Positions 1 through 14,800 are shown, counted from the whole stretch's first letter. The stretch is 63,850 bases of DNA, filler included, from Octopus bimaculoides (GCF_001194135.2; 5 parts of 4 records of this genome joined end to end with filler, not necessarily neighbours in it); one strand, 5' to 3'. The notes: generated by a model from the sequence alone, not told the origin. A program made the numbers and translations.

Positions 1-99
1 CACACACATATATATATGTATAGGGAGAATTCACGAAATAAAAACAGACGAAGACAGGTGGTGTAAACAACAAATGGATGCATTAGTATAACGCTTCGT

Positions 100-137
<38 letters not shown>

Positions 138-1268
138 CATACATATATTTGTAAATAGTAAAGAATTCCGTTGGATAATTCTGAATTATTACCATAACCA
201 TATAGGTATACTGGAATATATAATGTAGACAATAATTAAAATAATAAGGATTATTACGAAGTAACATAACATTACTTTTAATTCATTTTACATATACAGC
301 TGTATACAGACCTACACATGTGTGAAGTGCACCGATTAGTAACCGCTGGAATTACAGCCCGACTATAATACTGGATACGTTACTTCAGGGTCGTCACTTC
401 AGTATCCTTACATTTAACTATTTAAAGTATTTAGTTTATTTATTCTGCATTGTGTGATGTAGAGTTGAGAGAAAAATCAAATAAAAAAAACATTTTTAAT
501 AAAGTCCAACCCAAGCTAAATAAACAATAATACTAATACTTAGAGGTGTTATTTGTACGGCTACGACCACTACTACTACTATCAACAACAACAACAACAA
601 CAATATTAAAGGTGTTCATGATGATGATAGCAGGAAAATACTAGTTAAGACAAGAGAAAAATCAGAAAAATAATCTTATTTTGGGGTTTAACGTCCTATT
701 ACCACAGCTACACCTACCACCGTCACCACCAGAATCACTACCACTACCACCACCAGCACCACCACCACCACCAACAACAGCAACAACGTAAACAATATTA
801 AAGGAGTTGATAATGATGATGATGATAATTGAAATGCAAAAATCCCGGAGGTATGTTGTTTACAACATTTCTAAAAATAGCCCAACAATTACTGCTTTGG
901 CCAGGGTCAAAATACAGGTCTCTTGACATGTTCAACAAACCGTGACGCCTAAATCAAACACCCATCAACTTAAGTAATTTAGTGAAGCCACGCACTGATT
1001 GGTCAGAATACAGTTTGCAATAATTAACATTCTTTGAACTTATGCAAATATATTTAAGGCACACAGTTTAGCCATCTCACTACAGTTGTAAATTGTAAAA
1101 CGCACCTGTCACCACTACTACACGAACCTGCATAGTTTAATGCTTGAATCAGAATGGACGTTTAATATTCTATCATTTCATTATATTATCTTATAATATG
1201 TTATATGTTTATAAGATTGTAAATAAAGCACGAAAATCAAAGTTGGAATTTCGTTGAGTAATATATTC

Positions 1269-1939
1269 GGATCTATTTTAAAACGAGGGCGCCAGTATTT
1301 TCTTAACGAAACACTAACGAAACACTTTGAAACTTGGGACACTGGTAGAATGTGTCATATAAAACATCTTTTACTCTTAGTCTTCTTAACAAAAAAAAAA
1401 AAGGAATTCGCAAGTTAATCCATGTTAAAGTTGTCGTATTTCTGTAATTTCAACCAATCACTGACGTCTATTCAACTGAATAGAGTTACTGCTGGGCGAT
1501 CATAAAAATGTTATTCCCTGTGACATATTTCATCCGGTTTAATCGTAATTTATACGCATATATTGTTTATATAATAAATTACGCTGTGCGTATCTGTGTG
1601 TGTAACAATTTTAGAGTTCGGATTCTAGAGTTAGGGTTAGTTTTAGGGTTAGGGTTACGGTTACGGTTAACAGTCTATTTAGGGTTAGGGTTAGGGTTAG
1701 AGGATTAATAGGATATACACCGTTACAGCGCTAACTGTTTTCAACTGAATAGACGTCAGTGATTAGTAGAAATTATCGAAATAAGACAATTTTTTACATG
1801 AAATAAATTCGAATACAAAAATATTTTTCTGTTCTATAACACAAAATAGATAAGTATACGAAGTTTGAAAGTCTTTCCGTACCAAAAACACTACATAAAA
1901 CATAAATGAAAACTGGCGCCCCCGTTTTAAAATAGATCC
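1269..1939. mobile_element. 671-bp MITE with 28-bp TIRs, 8-bp TSD and internal TTAGGG repeats
   Basis: TIR GGATCTATTTTAAAACGRGGGCGCCAGT at both ends. TSD ATATATTC at 1261-1268 and 1940-1947. A second internal inverted repeat near 1457-1481 and 1740-1764. Confidence 0.85.
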
Positions 1940-2249
1940 ATATATTCTTCTATACACAATCATACACACCCGTGCATGATGTTAGTGTTATGGCATTAAA
2001 ATGAATATGGAAACAGATGCGAAAGGCAAGGCGAGAGAAATCGCAAGAGCAATGGAGAAAGTGGTTATGAATTGCATTGGGATTGTTGTGGTTTGTGTGG
2101 ACATGAATTTTGGGTGTTGTTTGACAATGCATGGCTGCTCTGTCTTATTTACAGGATAGGGAAAGGGTTAATAAAAGAGCAATTGAATGAATTGCTTAGC
2201 TTTGTTTAGTGGTGCTCGTGGGCCAGAAGCTGCCGTTGATGCTGCATGT

Positions 2250-2384
2250 GATAAAATAATAACCGAAAAGATGAAGGGTAAAAAGTTGACCAAGGCGGAA
2301 TTTGAGCTCAGAACGTAGCAACGGGCGAAATGCCGCTACATAATGTGCCTGAAATGCTAACAACTCTGCCAGATCGCTACGCTT
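2250..2384 (-). mobile_element. tRNA-derived SINE family A, degenerate 5' part
   Basis: Resembles the head and B-box region of the copies at 22738-22958 and 46674-46904. Confidence 0.65.
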
Positions 2385-2399
2385 ATGCATGAATATGTA

Positions 2400-2597
<198 letters not shown>

Positions 2598-4817
2598 ATA
2601 ATATATCAATATATGAGTTTAAATCTGTATGCCAATACACATACATATACTGAAATACATGCATGTGTGTGTGTGTGTGCGTGTTTTCTATGGCCTGTTT
2701 ATGTACATTTGCTTGTGTCTGTGTGTATAAATGTCTTATGCGTTTATCGATTTGTTTATCTATTTTCCCTGTTTTCTCATCTTTTTTGCTATTTTCCCTG
2801 TCCTTTTCCCAGCCCCACTCACCATTTCCAAGCCACACCATTTCTCTAAAAGCCTACACACTCACCATCATCTCCTTCTCTTTTTCTCCTCTTCATTTTC
2901 GTTTTTTTACTTTCTTTTCTTTCTTCTCTCTTCTTCTGTATCTCTGTCATATTTCATTTCTATTTTCGGTCTGATTTTACGTCTAATTTCTCTTATTCCT
3001 GTCTTTTAATCTGATATTACCTCACGACTGTTTCATTGCAATTTCTGTTGGTGGTAGCTGTTTGAGCTGGAGTTGATTATTGCTATAGCTCACTATCGTT
3101 TCGTGCGACAAGCTTAGCTTTGGCACATCCTTCTCTATTTCCTTCATTTTTATACTCCATCTTGACTCATGCCGTGACAGATTCTAGCCTCTGATCAGTG
3201 GGCATTTCGTTAGCTTCCCACATGGCTACAGAACGAAACGACGATTGATGTGGCAAACACTTGGACTATATCACGTCATACAGATTCGGCTGTCAGCTCA
3301 AAGTGGCAATTACACTGTTAGATGTATTAGTAGGTGTATTTATGTCCAAAATAAACTCTCCAAAATAACAGCATCGATGTATTAGCCAAAGTGTTTGTGT
3401 GCTGCCCTTTGTAATTATCTTCCTTCCAGCATCTCCCCATCGAACCTCTTCACTCCACACCATTCCATCATTTCCAGGAATGTTATTGCAAAACTGTCTG
3501 TGTAGTCATGGTTCAAAATGATGGCAGGGGAGTGAAACAAAATAAGAGGTGAGTGCTGCTGTACGTGTTAATTTGATTTACGCCATTTATTCTGTTTCAT
3601 CTGCATCATCGTTCTCTAACAGTTACTATGTTTGGGCGAAGGTAAAACGTAAGAAATGAAATCAGAATTCTCTTTACATGATTTATGAGGAAGCACTGAG
3701 AATTATATTTTTTTCTAGCGTAAAAGATGAAAAAATAAATGTTATTCTGACATTGCAATGCCACAATATATTTTTAGCTTGACATATATTAATGCAACAA
3801 ATAGATATATTGATTGTGTAGATGCCTTTAGCAAATATATTAATATAAATATAGTTTAGAGATTTATTAAGTATTGGGTTTATAACCGAACGCTTTGGAT
3901 TAGTTATACGCGAATAAATACTAAATATCTTTCACACGTATGAAGGCGAATATGTGTGTGCGTGCGTGTATGAGTGTGTTTATGAGGTTATGTATTTAGA
4001 TGTTCATGTATGCTTATATATATATCTATATATATGTATATATGTACGCGTGTTTGTGCGTAAGTGCGTGTGTCTCTCTCTCTCTATATATATGTTATAC
4101 ATAGTAGTTGAAGAGAGAACGCTTTGAATGCTCAGAAGCAGCTTTGATATAATAGTAGTGTTCAGAGAGTAAAACCAACAAGTAGAAGAAAGAGAATGGA
4201 ACTCCTTCTTTAGCGTTTGTTTGGATAAATATATTAATATGAAATTATATAGAGTAAATATTCCATCTAAATTATAGCTGTGATTAGACCGAAGTATTTT
4301 GGCAGTTAAAGAAGCTATATTCACGCCTGACTGACCAATTATACGCAGTTATATTAGAGATTTCATAGTGGGGAAAAAGAAATGCAGGGGGAGACGGACA
4401 GAGCTGGAGAGGAAAGAAATATCAAGAAAGAAACACCGAAAATATGTACAATAATAGAAGGATGGGAAAAGACAAGAATTGTGGGGTAAGTGACTACAAT
4501 AAATACACGGAAGTAATACAATATAACATTCAGTGTTTTAGATATATTTACGAAGTACATTTAGGAAGTAATCAAGCACAAAATCAAATGGAAGGAAGCT
4601 TGTTTCGGTCACTGCATCTCTACATTATGAAACATCCAGGTTTTAGCAGAAGAGATATATTTTAAGAGATGTTACTGTCAGGCGCCATCTTGGTCTTTAC
4701 CGGAATATATCTGCTCCATCATTTTTTTTCTACGCTGGACAATCATGTTCCATACTCTACAACTATTCCGATAAGCTGAAAATATAATCGGATATGTAAT
4801 ATTTTGCTATCGACAAT

Positions 4818-4881
<64 letters not shown>

Positions 4882-4927
4882 CAGTGGTGGTGGTGGTGGT
4901 AGTGGTGATAGTAGTAGTAGCGGCGGA

Positions 4928-4986
<59 letters not shown>

Positions 4987-5010
4987 CAGTGGTAGCGGCA
5001 GCAGCAGCAG
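4818..5010. repeat. (GTA)n/(GTG)n/(GCA)n microsatellite
   Basis: Direct inspection. Confidence 0.95.
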
Positions 5011-5807
5011 CTGCAGTAGTATTTCATCTCTTCTTAAGCAACCACGTTAGCAAAGATGTTCCGCCCTTTTTAGATCGAGTGACGACGCATCGGTGTCTTA
5101 TGTTGGGGATTATAACTTTAGTAAACAATGAGTTTCCTTGCGAAATTCGTTTTGTTGTGGACTTTAAAACATTTCATATTTCTTTGAAGATATTTGCCAT
5201 ATTTGTATTACAGGCCTGTGAAGGTTTTTGTCACACAAGAGGAAGAATCATTATCGTTAATTTGGTGAGGCACGGGCGTATGTCCGAATTATTTACAATG
5301 AAATTGGAGTTTAGATACGAGACCGCTCTATCCATGCTGCAATGTATTATTTTACGCATTTAACGAGTTGTAACCATAAACGTCACCGCTCTGATAATGT
5401 TTGTAGGTTTCAAAGTATTGAAATAGAAATTTGTGAGCTTGTAGGACGATTGATCGAGTCTGCATCTGTGAATAAAATACCGCACATGACCGCCTGGCCA
5501 AGCGATGTTTTGAGAAAGAGCATCACTTACGTATATATGCAGTTCTTCTTACTCCACGATGAAGATTATTATGTCTAAAGAAAAACTAAAGGTTATACAG
5601 TATTGTACGATTTTGATTGCATGATTCCACTCAAGCCGTAGAGATATTGCAAAGCAAATGTTTCCCTATTGTAGCCATGGGGACACCCTCTCTTAATACA
5701 TTTTTATCTTGATAGGAAGTGATATAGTCGAGTGAGATGAGACATGAAGTCAAATTCGGAAGAGATACTGCGATGCTGTATACGCCAACACATGCGTGCT
5801 TATGTGC

Positions 5808-5919
5808 ACACACACATACAGACAGACACACACACACAGACACACACACAGTCACACACACACACACACACAGTCACACGCACACACACACACACGCACG
5901 CACACACACACACACACAC

Positions 5920-5962
<43 letters not shown>
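5808..5962. repeat. (CA)n microsatellite
   Basis: Direct inspection. Confidence 0.95.
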
Positions 5963-5965
<3 letters not shown>

Positions 5966-6529
5966 CTCCGAGAAGCAGAAAATAAGACAGTCTAAATTGT
6001 CACTAGCTTTAGCTTTGCAGAAATGAAGACAAGAAGCAAAACAGACGGACAAAATATATAGAACAAGAAAAGAAAGATCATGATTAATGTATCCAATCAC
6101 GCTGACAGTGGCTTGAGGATAGAATGACCGGAAGCGAAGGGAAACAGAAGTGACAGCCTACATAGGAGAAGAGAAAATAAGGTGAATACCATCCAGTGTA
6201 CATAACCATATGTGTCGGTGTGTATGAAGTGAATGTGTGCGTGTGTTAGTGTCCGTGTGTATATTGTGAAACTATTACCTGTGGATGTATTCTTATTGAG
6301 AGTGTGTGTGTTGGTCAGTGTATGTGATAGTGTGATTCTGTTTTCAACGTATGTGTCATGTAGTTGTGTGAATATGTGTGATGCTATGTGTCGCATCGTT
6401 ATGCGTGCAGTAGTACGTCTCTCTCTCTACGTAGGAGCTCTAGTGTGATATGTGTCATCTATACGCACTATGAGTATACGTGAGTGTATATTTCTTTGTG
6501 ATGTCTTATACTTACACACACACATACAA

Positions 6530-6561
<32 letters not shown>

Positions 6562-7210
6562 GTCCTTTGGGACTTTGATTTCCAGACAGACAAAGTGTTA
6601 GACAGACAAAGGCCGGATAGAGTAAGCATTAGGAGGGGCAAAGAAGTGTGCCTAATAATCGACGGAGCTGTGCCAGGAGATTAACATAACATCAGGAAGG
6701 AAAGAGAAAAAGTTGATAAATATCGGGAACTGAGAATTCAGATCGCTAAGTTCTGGCAGCTATGAGAGTCGAACGTAAAGGTTATCCACATGGTCATCGG
6801 AGCATTGAGTTCAATACAACCAAATCTGAAAAAAAAAAGACATCTGCAAACCTTATAGATATCGTACAATGTATTGTAGATGTATTGCAAAAGTCGGCAT
6901 TACTTGGAATTGCACACATATTGCGGCAAGCGCTGTCTGACTGAAGTCCTTGTTGTGACTTGACAAACAGTACAAACACCCGGTAGACACGATGACATCA
7001 ATCAACAACCTAACGATATTGTATACTGTGCGACCTCCATAATAACAATAATGATGATGATGATGATGATGATGATATGCGTAAAGTATTGCATGTCTAA
7101 GATCCTTGTTGTGTCTTAGCAAACAGCACAAAACACCGGTAGACACAATATCTTCAATCAAGAGCATCACTATATTGAATACTGTGCGACGTCTATATAA
7201 ATAATAATAA
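6562..7210 (+). mobile_element. R4/Dong-type LINE 3' fragment (restriction-like endonuclease) with duplicated 3' UTR
   Basis: Degenerate DFDFQTDKVLDRQRPD...LIIDGAVPGD...KVDKYRELRIQIAKFW...QKSALLGIAHILRQAL. Preceded by (AAT)n. A UTR-like block repeats at about 6945-7050 and 7100-7210. Confidence 0.75.
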
Positions 7211-7346
7211 TCAGGAAAGTATTAGATAGCTGAAAAGAACGAATAGTATGGTACAGAAAACAGTAGGTTGTACGACCGCTACGCATGCAAGACTTCTTCA
7301 GGTTCCAACAAAATCTGTTATAAAGAGAAAATAATAATAACAATAA

Positions 7347-7470
7347 TATAAACGATTAATGTAACGCTACGTGCACTTCCACAAATCGCATAGTCCCAAG
7401 AATATGAATTGGGATATTCAACGTCACGCGATTTGTGGAAACGCGCGTAGCGATGCATTAAATGTTTATA
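7347..7470. repeat. About 125-bp imperfect palindrome
   Basis: CGCTACGTGCACTTCCACAAATCGC versus GCGATTTGTGGAAACGCGCGTAGCG, extending outward; inner TCCCAA/TTGGGA stem. Confidence 0.8.
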
Positions 7471-7622
7471 AACTACATCCTAGAATTGTTGCTATTATGA
7501 TATTTTTTCATACATTATATCGGTAAAACTGGCTGGCCACAAGTCAGCATCTTTAGACGGTGTTCTGCATAATCGAATAGGAGCTTTATTTGCATATTCA
7601 GAACGTTTCCCATAAACGAATT

Positions 7623-7689
<67 letters not shown>

Positions 7690-8379
7690 CGCGCACACAC
7701 ACACACACACACACACATATGTGCCATATGGGCACAGCCTGTGAATTGTGCTAAGCATTAGACCTACTAAAAGAATGATGTCTCGGCTGCTTTCATCGCA
7801 TGAAACTTATAGTAGTTCATTAAAATGTATAATTTGAGTATTATATATTATATACGCACGCACACACACCACAAAAGACGTTGATGTCGGCTTTCCTCGA
7901 AGTGGAAATCTTACACTTAAACAATAACATGAATGTTACATCTTACATTCATAAGACCTATGCCCGTATTTAAACTAACCCTGATATTAATTTTATATCA
8001 ATTTAATGTACAGCTGTGGCAACGAACAAGATAAACCCGTATTTCTTGTTGGCATCGATAGAATTCTCGGCGCCTTTAGCAGAGAGTGATGTATTATATT
8101 CCCTCGTATCTGTTGACTGGTATGTTTCATTTCCTGTCTTTTATCTTTTATTGATTTCAGTCATTCGACTACGGTCATGCTGGAGCACTGTGCTAAAGTA
8201 TTTTAGACGAAAGTATCGAACCAGGTAATAATTTTTTTCTAAGCATGGTATTTAAATATTGGTCTTTTTGGCCAAGTCACTACGCCACGGGGATGTAAAC
8301 ACACCAACAATGGAAGTCAAGCTGTAGTGAGGGAGATACATAAAAACAAAAAGCACACACTCACATTTATATATATATA

Positions 8380-8520
8380 AACGACGAGCTTCTTTCAGTT
8401 TCCGTGTATCAAATCTACAGAAAGTCATAGAAGAAATCACTGGCTAAAAGTTCTACGCAGTGGGATTGAACTCGGAACCATGTGGTTAGGAAGCAAACTT
8501 CGCATCACACAGCCAGGCCT
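8380..8520 (-). mobile_element. SINE family B, 5' part
   Basis: Shares tttcagtttccgtxtaccaaatc...gaaccatgtggtt.ggaagcaa with 24745-24895, 34215-34372 and 53268-53628. Confidence 0.75.
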
Positions 8521-9376
8521 TCGGAAATTTCTTTAACGACACCCTCCCCATTATATCTGCATGTTCTATTTAGGAAACAACTAACCTCTGTAGGTATTTA
8601 ACTTTCGTATTTCGTGTCCGCTTCGATCAGTAAAATATATTTAACTGTGGTGGAACCACAAGATTCGATCAGCAGCGGAACTATAACGGTTTATTTTTCG
8701 TTTGTGGTTCATTGCAATCAACACTACTTTGTTATTCGTACAATAGATTCCATGTTTTGAGAACGTTTCAGTGATAACGGAAACAGAAATCGATAATTAA
8801 TATTTAGTAGAAATCGTTACGGCGCCGGACAATAAGCTTGGCACCATTCATTCCGAATTAACATTTTGAGTCCAAATACTGCAGGGTTGAATTCTCCTTT
8901 CAACCCTTTGCAGTTAATAATGTAGGTACCAGTTGAACAGTCGGGTCGATGTCATCTATTTACGCCTTCCCCCGAAATTTCTGGTCTTGATTCAAAATTT
9001 GAAATCGATATTAGAAGGACGAGAAAGAATGCAGGTTGGTCTGTACATTTAACAAAACGATAAATATATTCTTTGAGACGCATTATATATTAATTATTTT
9101 TGTGTTTTTTTCTCTCAACAGATAAATACACAGGTTAAAATATAAGACGCACAAAATAATAAACAATCTGACATATAAACACATAAAAGCATACTTGTAT
9201 GCATACACACACACACACACATACACATGCACACACAAACACGCGCACACACATATATATATAAATATATCTATATATATATGTTAAACAATATAACATA
9301 ATATAATATTCTAATGTAAGTAATATAATGATATATGTATATGTATACATCTATCTATCTATTTATCTACCTGTAT

Positions 9377-9409
<33 letters not shown>

Positions 9410-10425
9410 CACATATATATATATATATACACGTACATACATACACTCATACCTACACGCACACATACGTGTGTGTGTAGGAGCGAGTGCATACGTAAAT
9501 TACTACGGCTGTGTGGGTATGAGTGTATATGTACATGTTATATTTTTACACATATATATATACTTTGGATATTGAAACTGTGCATTTGTGTATATATTCA
9601 AAGTTGACTATAGTCTACAGAGAAGGATTAGTTCCAGTACGCGAGGAACTGTCATGGCTGTCACAACTATTCTATTTCTTATACAAAACCCAGTATTGTC
9701 TATCATGACACTCCGCTGTCTCTGATATCATTTGCCACCCGCTCGGGGATTTCGTCTTATATAACACACCTGTCTAGCTTCCTTTAATTATGATATACTG
9801 TCAGTTTATACGATAAAAACCATTCCATTGGGTTGATATTACTTACAAACACACAAATTTCTGTCATGAAATATTCACAATTATTTCTCTTGTATACTTT
9901 CAAAATACTTTGTGTTTCGAAAGGAGTTTTGTGTGGAAAAATGTCAACTCCAATTCATTATACAAATTCTATATTCTTTTAATAATATATTATATAATTA
10001 AATGCCTAAATATAAGCAATTTCAGAATGTTCACACGACAATCCCGTAAACTGGTCATTTCTAGGAATCAAAAGTTGAGAAATTATTGAAAACGCGATAA
10101 CTGGAATAATTCTAATAGTATTCACAGTGGAAGTCAGCAGTGGATAAGTTCAGCATCAAGTTGTATTGAAATCAAGAGACGTTACTTGGATTACAATTAA
10201 GAATGGAAATAGAAAAAGAAAAACCCTTCAATAGTAGTTTAAATTCTGAAAATGATAGACGTATATCATCATGGGATAACATCATGGGATTAATATTTTT
10301 GGAGAAAGAAGAAAATGCCAATCCGTATGGATTTGGTGTTTCAAAGTCATCTTCTGAATGCAACGATAACGGTTATATGAATGCATATTTCCAATCGCAC
10401 ATTGTCACAGATACATGACAATATA

Positions 10426-10464
<39 letters not shown>

Positions 10465-10495
10465 TGTATACATATATATATATATNNNNNNNNNN

Positions 10496-10556
<61 letters not shown>

Positions 10557-10903
10557 TTGAGTGTGTGTGTGTGAGTGTGTTTGTGTGTGTTCGTGCACAT
10601 ATATGTATGTGTATCTCTCTCTTCTTTTACTTTGATCGGGCGATCTACTAGCGCAAATCAGTCAACGTTTTGCCTGAATTATACGTAAAGCTGTAGCCTG
10701 ATAACACTGTTTAGAGTTGCTTTTCTTACGTACATCTCATCGAAAATACACCTTTTTACCATAAGGGAAATTATTTTCTGAAAATTGCTGAAGTGTATTT
10801 GCCTTTTAGCAGTTTGCAAACATATTTAAACTTATCTAATTCTGCTCATACATAAACATTGTTTAGCGATAAGAATTCGTTATTATAAATGCATTATATA
10901 TAT

Positions 10904-11003
10904 NNNNNNNNNNNNNNNNNNNNNNNNNNNNNNNNNNNNNNNNNNNNTTAATTAATTAANNNNNNNNNNNNNNNNNNNNNNNNNNNNNNNNNNNNNNNNN
11001 NNN
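10904..11003. other. Assembly join: 44 N + TTAATTAATTAA + 44 N (same at 25298-25397, 53975-54074, 61274-61373)
   Basis: Identical 100-bp structure four times. The palindromic 12-mer puts a stop codon in all six frames. Confidence 0.9.
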
Positions 11004-11100
11004 CTTCTTCTTCTTCTTCTTCTTCTTCTTCTTCTTCTTCTTCTTCTTCTTCTTCTTCTTCTTCTTCTTCTTCTTCTTCTTCTTCTTCTTCTTCTTCTTC
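11004..11100. repeat. (CTT)n microsatellite
   Basis: Direct inspection. Confidence 0.95.
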
Positions 11101-11253
11101 TACCATTTGCATTTACTTTAACTTACGCATAAACACATACTCACATACAAAAGACACTGATACACACACACACACACACACACACATAGACATTCGCAGT
11201 AAATATTTCACACACATATAGAAGCAAATACACAGATATACATTCATACACGT

Positions 11254-11314
<61 letters not shown>

Positions 11315-11390
11315 ATATGAGTGAGTGTATGTGCCTATCTATAAATGAAACAAGTTACCAAGTTTAAGATATGAATAAATGAACGAACGG

Positions 11391-11438
<48 letters not shown>

Positions 11439-11627
11439 NNNNNNNNNNNNNNNNNNNNNNNNNNNNNNNNNNNNNNNNNNNNNNNNNNNNNNNNNNNNNN
11501 NNNNNNNNNNNNNNNNNNNNNNNNNNNNNNNNNNNNNNNNNNNNNNNNNNNNNNNNNNNNNNNNNNNNNNNNNNNNNNNNNNNNNNNNNNNNNNNNNNNN
11601 NNNNNNNNNNNNNNNNNNNNNNNNNNN

Positions 11628-11700
<73 letters not shown>

Positions 11701-11777
11701 CACCTATATATTTATATTTTATATATATATATGAATATGCATACACACTACTAGTTTGTTTGCTTGGGTGCGTGTTT

Positions 11778-11812
<35 letters not shown>

Positions 11813-14800
11813 TGTGCGTGCGCGTGCGTGTTTATATTTTAGACCAAGTAGTTATTAAATGCTGACGCTTCTTATTTCATGCTCTGATTACGATTTCATT
11901 ATTTGAATTTCGTGTATATTTCTCCACCACCTCCTTTTTTTTTTTACCTCGTTTTTATTTGTTTGTTTCTTTGTTTTTTTTTTCTTTAAGAATTATGATC
12001 CCTCGATTGATGGGAGAAGGATGGAAGGAGGGTAGGAAGTAAAAGGAAAGAGAAAACAAAATGTAAAGAAAACCAGAAAGAGAAGGGAAAGGAAGAGGGG
12101 AAGCGGGAACAGAAAAGGTTGTGAGTTAATAAAGACATAATTTTCTGTTGATGGATGTCAGTGAGTATGTGTTTGTTGTATTTAATTAATATAGACTGTA
12201 CGTCACATGTTGCATATATCGGACAGTGACATTGCGGTGACGGCAGCGGCGGCGGCGGTGGTGGTTGCGGTCGATGTTGCGGAAGTAGTAGAGGCCGAAG
12301 TCCGGCGAAACTGTTTCTACTGTCAGGAGAAGGGGCGAATACGGGTGCTGGCGCCTTAAAATCAGTCTTTTGGGTAGCTGCAGTTCGTCAGCCTGGGAAG
12401 ATATTTCTTTTAAAAGCGGGAAAAGGTCTGGTTTTAAACCTCTGTTGCCTTACAGCAGTACCTATCACAGGGGTAAGACTTGGAGAGTAAACCCTAATGC
12501 AGAGTAGTCCTGAGCTAAATTCTTCAAGCCAGCCCAGACTTATTTTGCAATATTGTTTTGTCAACTTTTTCCAAAAGACTGATGCCAAAGTGTAATGGCC
12601 TTTGCCCTCTCCTTTAAACTACATCAGCGTCGTGGACTGGGGAGACCTACTGTATGGGCAACTCATAGTCTCCTATATTAACCGTACCCAGCTTGCACCC
12701 TGGAAGGGACCCTCCATCATTGTTTCATCATGATGATACTATATGGAAAGCAGCAGCTCTCTGGTTATAGGTCTATGCTCGGATTGGTGCGGAGATGGCG
12801 CAAGGAGTAGCTGTTAACGTAAGTAGAGGCCATTGTAGAGGCCATTGTAGAAGTTAGTTTGGTGGATAGCAAATACTACGCCTGGCATAACAAGATACCA
12901 AAGGAAGAAGCTTGCATTCAAGTTAGGATGCTGGAGTGTATTGACTATGATCACAGGATTATCAGATAAATTCCTGAAGATCAGGGACACATGAAATACT
13001 GATGATTATCAACGGACTGCTGAATTTTCAACTGGACAGCGTAGGAGAAACTCTATATGAAAGAGCGATAACTTTTTCTAACATATAAAGTCCTTAGTCC
13101 AAACTAGAAAGCACTCTGTTGGTTTCGTTATGAGAAACTCAAGGCTAAAGTTGGCGGAGCCCAGCGAAGGAGAGACTAAGCGGACTTTTACTCTTCGACT
13201 CCATACTTCCGGTGAGCCTCTTAATAGAAAAATACACATGCATGTATACATACATACATACAGACAGACAGACAGACAGACAGACATACATACATACATA
13301 CATACATACATGCATACATACATACATAAGGTTCTTCAAGGACCTTGGCGCTAGTTTCTTTAGAAGCATTGCCCTCCGTTCGAAAAAATTACTGTAACAA
13401 AACTGCCTTAAATGAAGTGAATTTGATAAAGAACAAGATATCATATTCGGTACTTTGGTACTTCAAAGTATTCAACAAGACATACAGTCACAATTGATGT
13501 ATTACTCTCTTTCGATGAGATTAGTGGATTTATGTCACATTCGAATGTATGTATATTTAGTTTACTGTTCCCTTAAGGTAAAATCAACAAAAAAGTATTC
13601 CATCCAGTGGCATAATTTAATGTACATAGTATAAAGATACAAGCTGCTAATAGTTTCTTGCCGTGAAGACACGTGTCTAGATAGGTCTTTATAACATGCT
13701 TTGTATCCCCAAGCAAACATCAAGCTTTCATTGTGGGTTACCTGTAATACTTAATGGTCAGTCTTATTTTATTGGTTTAGCCGTTCTCATCGTTGGGTCT
13801 AACCGTCCAATGTGGTTAGTGATTAGTTCTGTCCAGATGCGAAGCTATAGTCCATATTGGTAAACATTATAATACCGTCATACTGCTTCACTGACAAATC
13901 TTCAATTTCTACTCTACAAATGGGACCAATTTTTGACGTAAACTGTTTTACTTACAATGTTCCTGTCTTCTAACGAGCAGACATATTTTCTGTGTTGTGA
14001 AAAGAGAGGCGAGAGAGAGTGAGCGACTGTTTCAAATGAAATCTGCAAATTTCGCTGCAACGAGTTAATATTGTTTATGAAATCTACTCCGCAGTGAATA
14101 CAACAAATATTTAAACTAGAGAAAGACCTCTAGTTCAAATATTCAATAAACTTCGGAAATCGAAATTACAGGAAATTTCTTGGAACATGAATTTATAAAA
14201 AAAATTCCAGACGGTCAAGCCTTTAATAATTGCTTTCTTTTAGTAACTGTTACATACCTAATTAATCAGCAATTTTCTCTCTAATATTATAGATGTCAGC
14301 AACGTAAACACAGGATCCCTATAATACCTCGCAATAATATGTTCGTCTAAGTTTTGCCATTCTATAAGAAAACTAAAAACTTAAAAAATTTAATAGTTCT
14401 TCTGTAACTTTAATGAAACGAACCAAAAATCTATTTTTGGAAGAAAGAAATCCAAACTTGACATCTAGAGGCTACGAAATCTGAACGAAGAAAGATTAGC
14501 TACAGCACAGCCTATTCCCTGGCTATCTAGTTAGTAATTAACATTATTTATAAATTACACTGCTCAGTCTATCTTAATCTTAATTAGAAAAAAAAAATGT
14601 ATTGGAAATTACTCGAAGCATGCAGTATATAAAGATGAAATAATTATTTGTAAAAGCTTTGAGCAATGTGGTTGAAGAGTAATCAGGACATGCGAAATTA
14701 TATCAATAAAATAAAAACCATTATATGAAGGCGTTGTATTACCTTACATAGGGTGTTTAACACTGCACTGCTATTTCGGGATGAATCCTCTTTTCAAATA

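Noticed and set aside
1630-1702. True telomere or chromosome-fusion site
   Set aside because: Only a few degenerate TTAGGG units in one orientation, enclosed in a TSD-flanked MITE.
5020-5600. Unique-looking ORFs 4884..5363 and 5342..5578
   Set aside because: No recognisable domain on either strand, several stops in the candidate frames, and the first begins inside a microsatellite.
10170-10418. Protein-like ORF MEIEKEKPF...
   Set aside because: 71 aa, in-frame TGA just upstream, no polypyrimidine acceptor and no family motif; a BLASTX hit would be needed.
12280-12330. Hammerhead-like GAG-GCCG-loop-CGGC-GAAAC
   Set aside because: The CUGANGA core is missing (reads GTAGTAGA) and stems I and III do not form.
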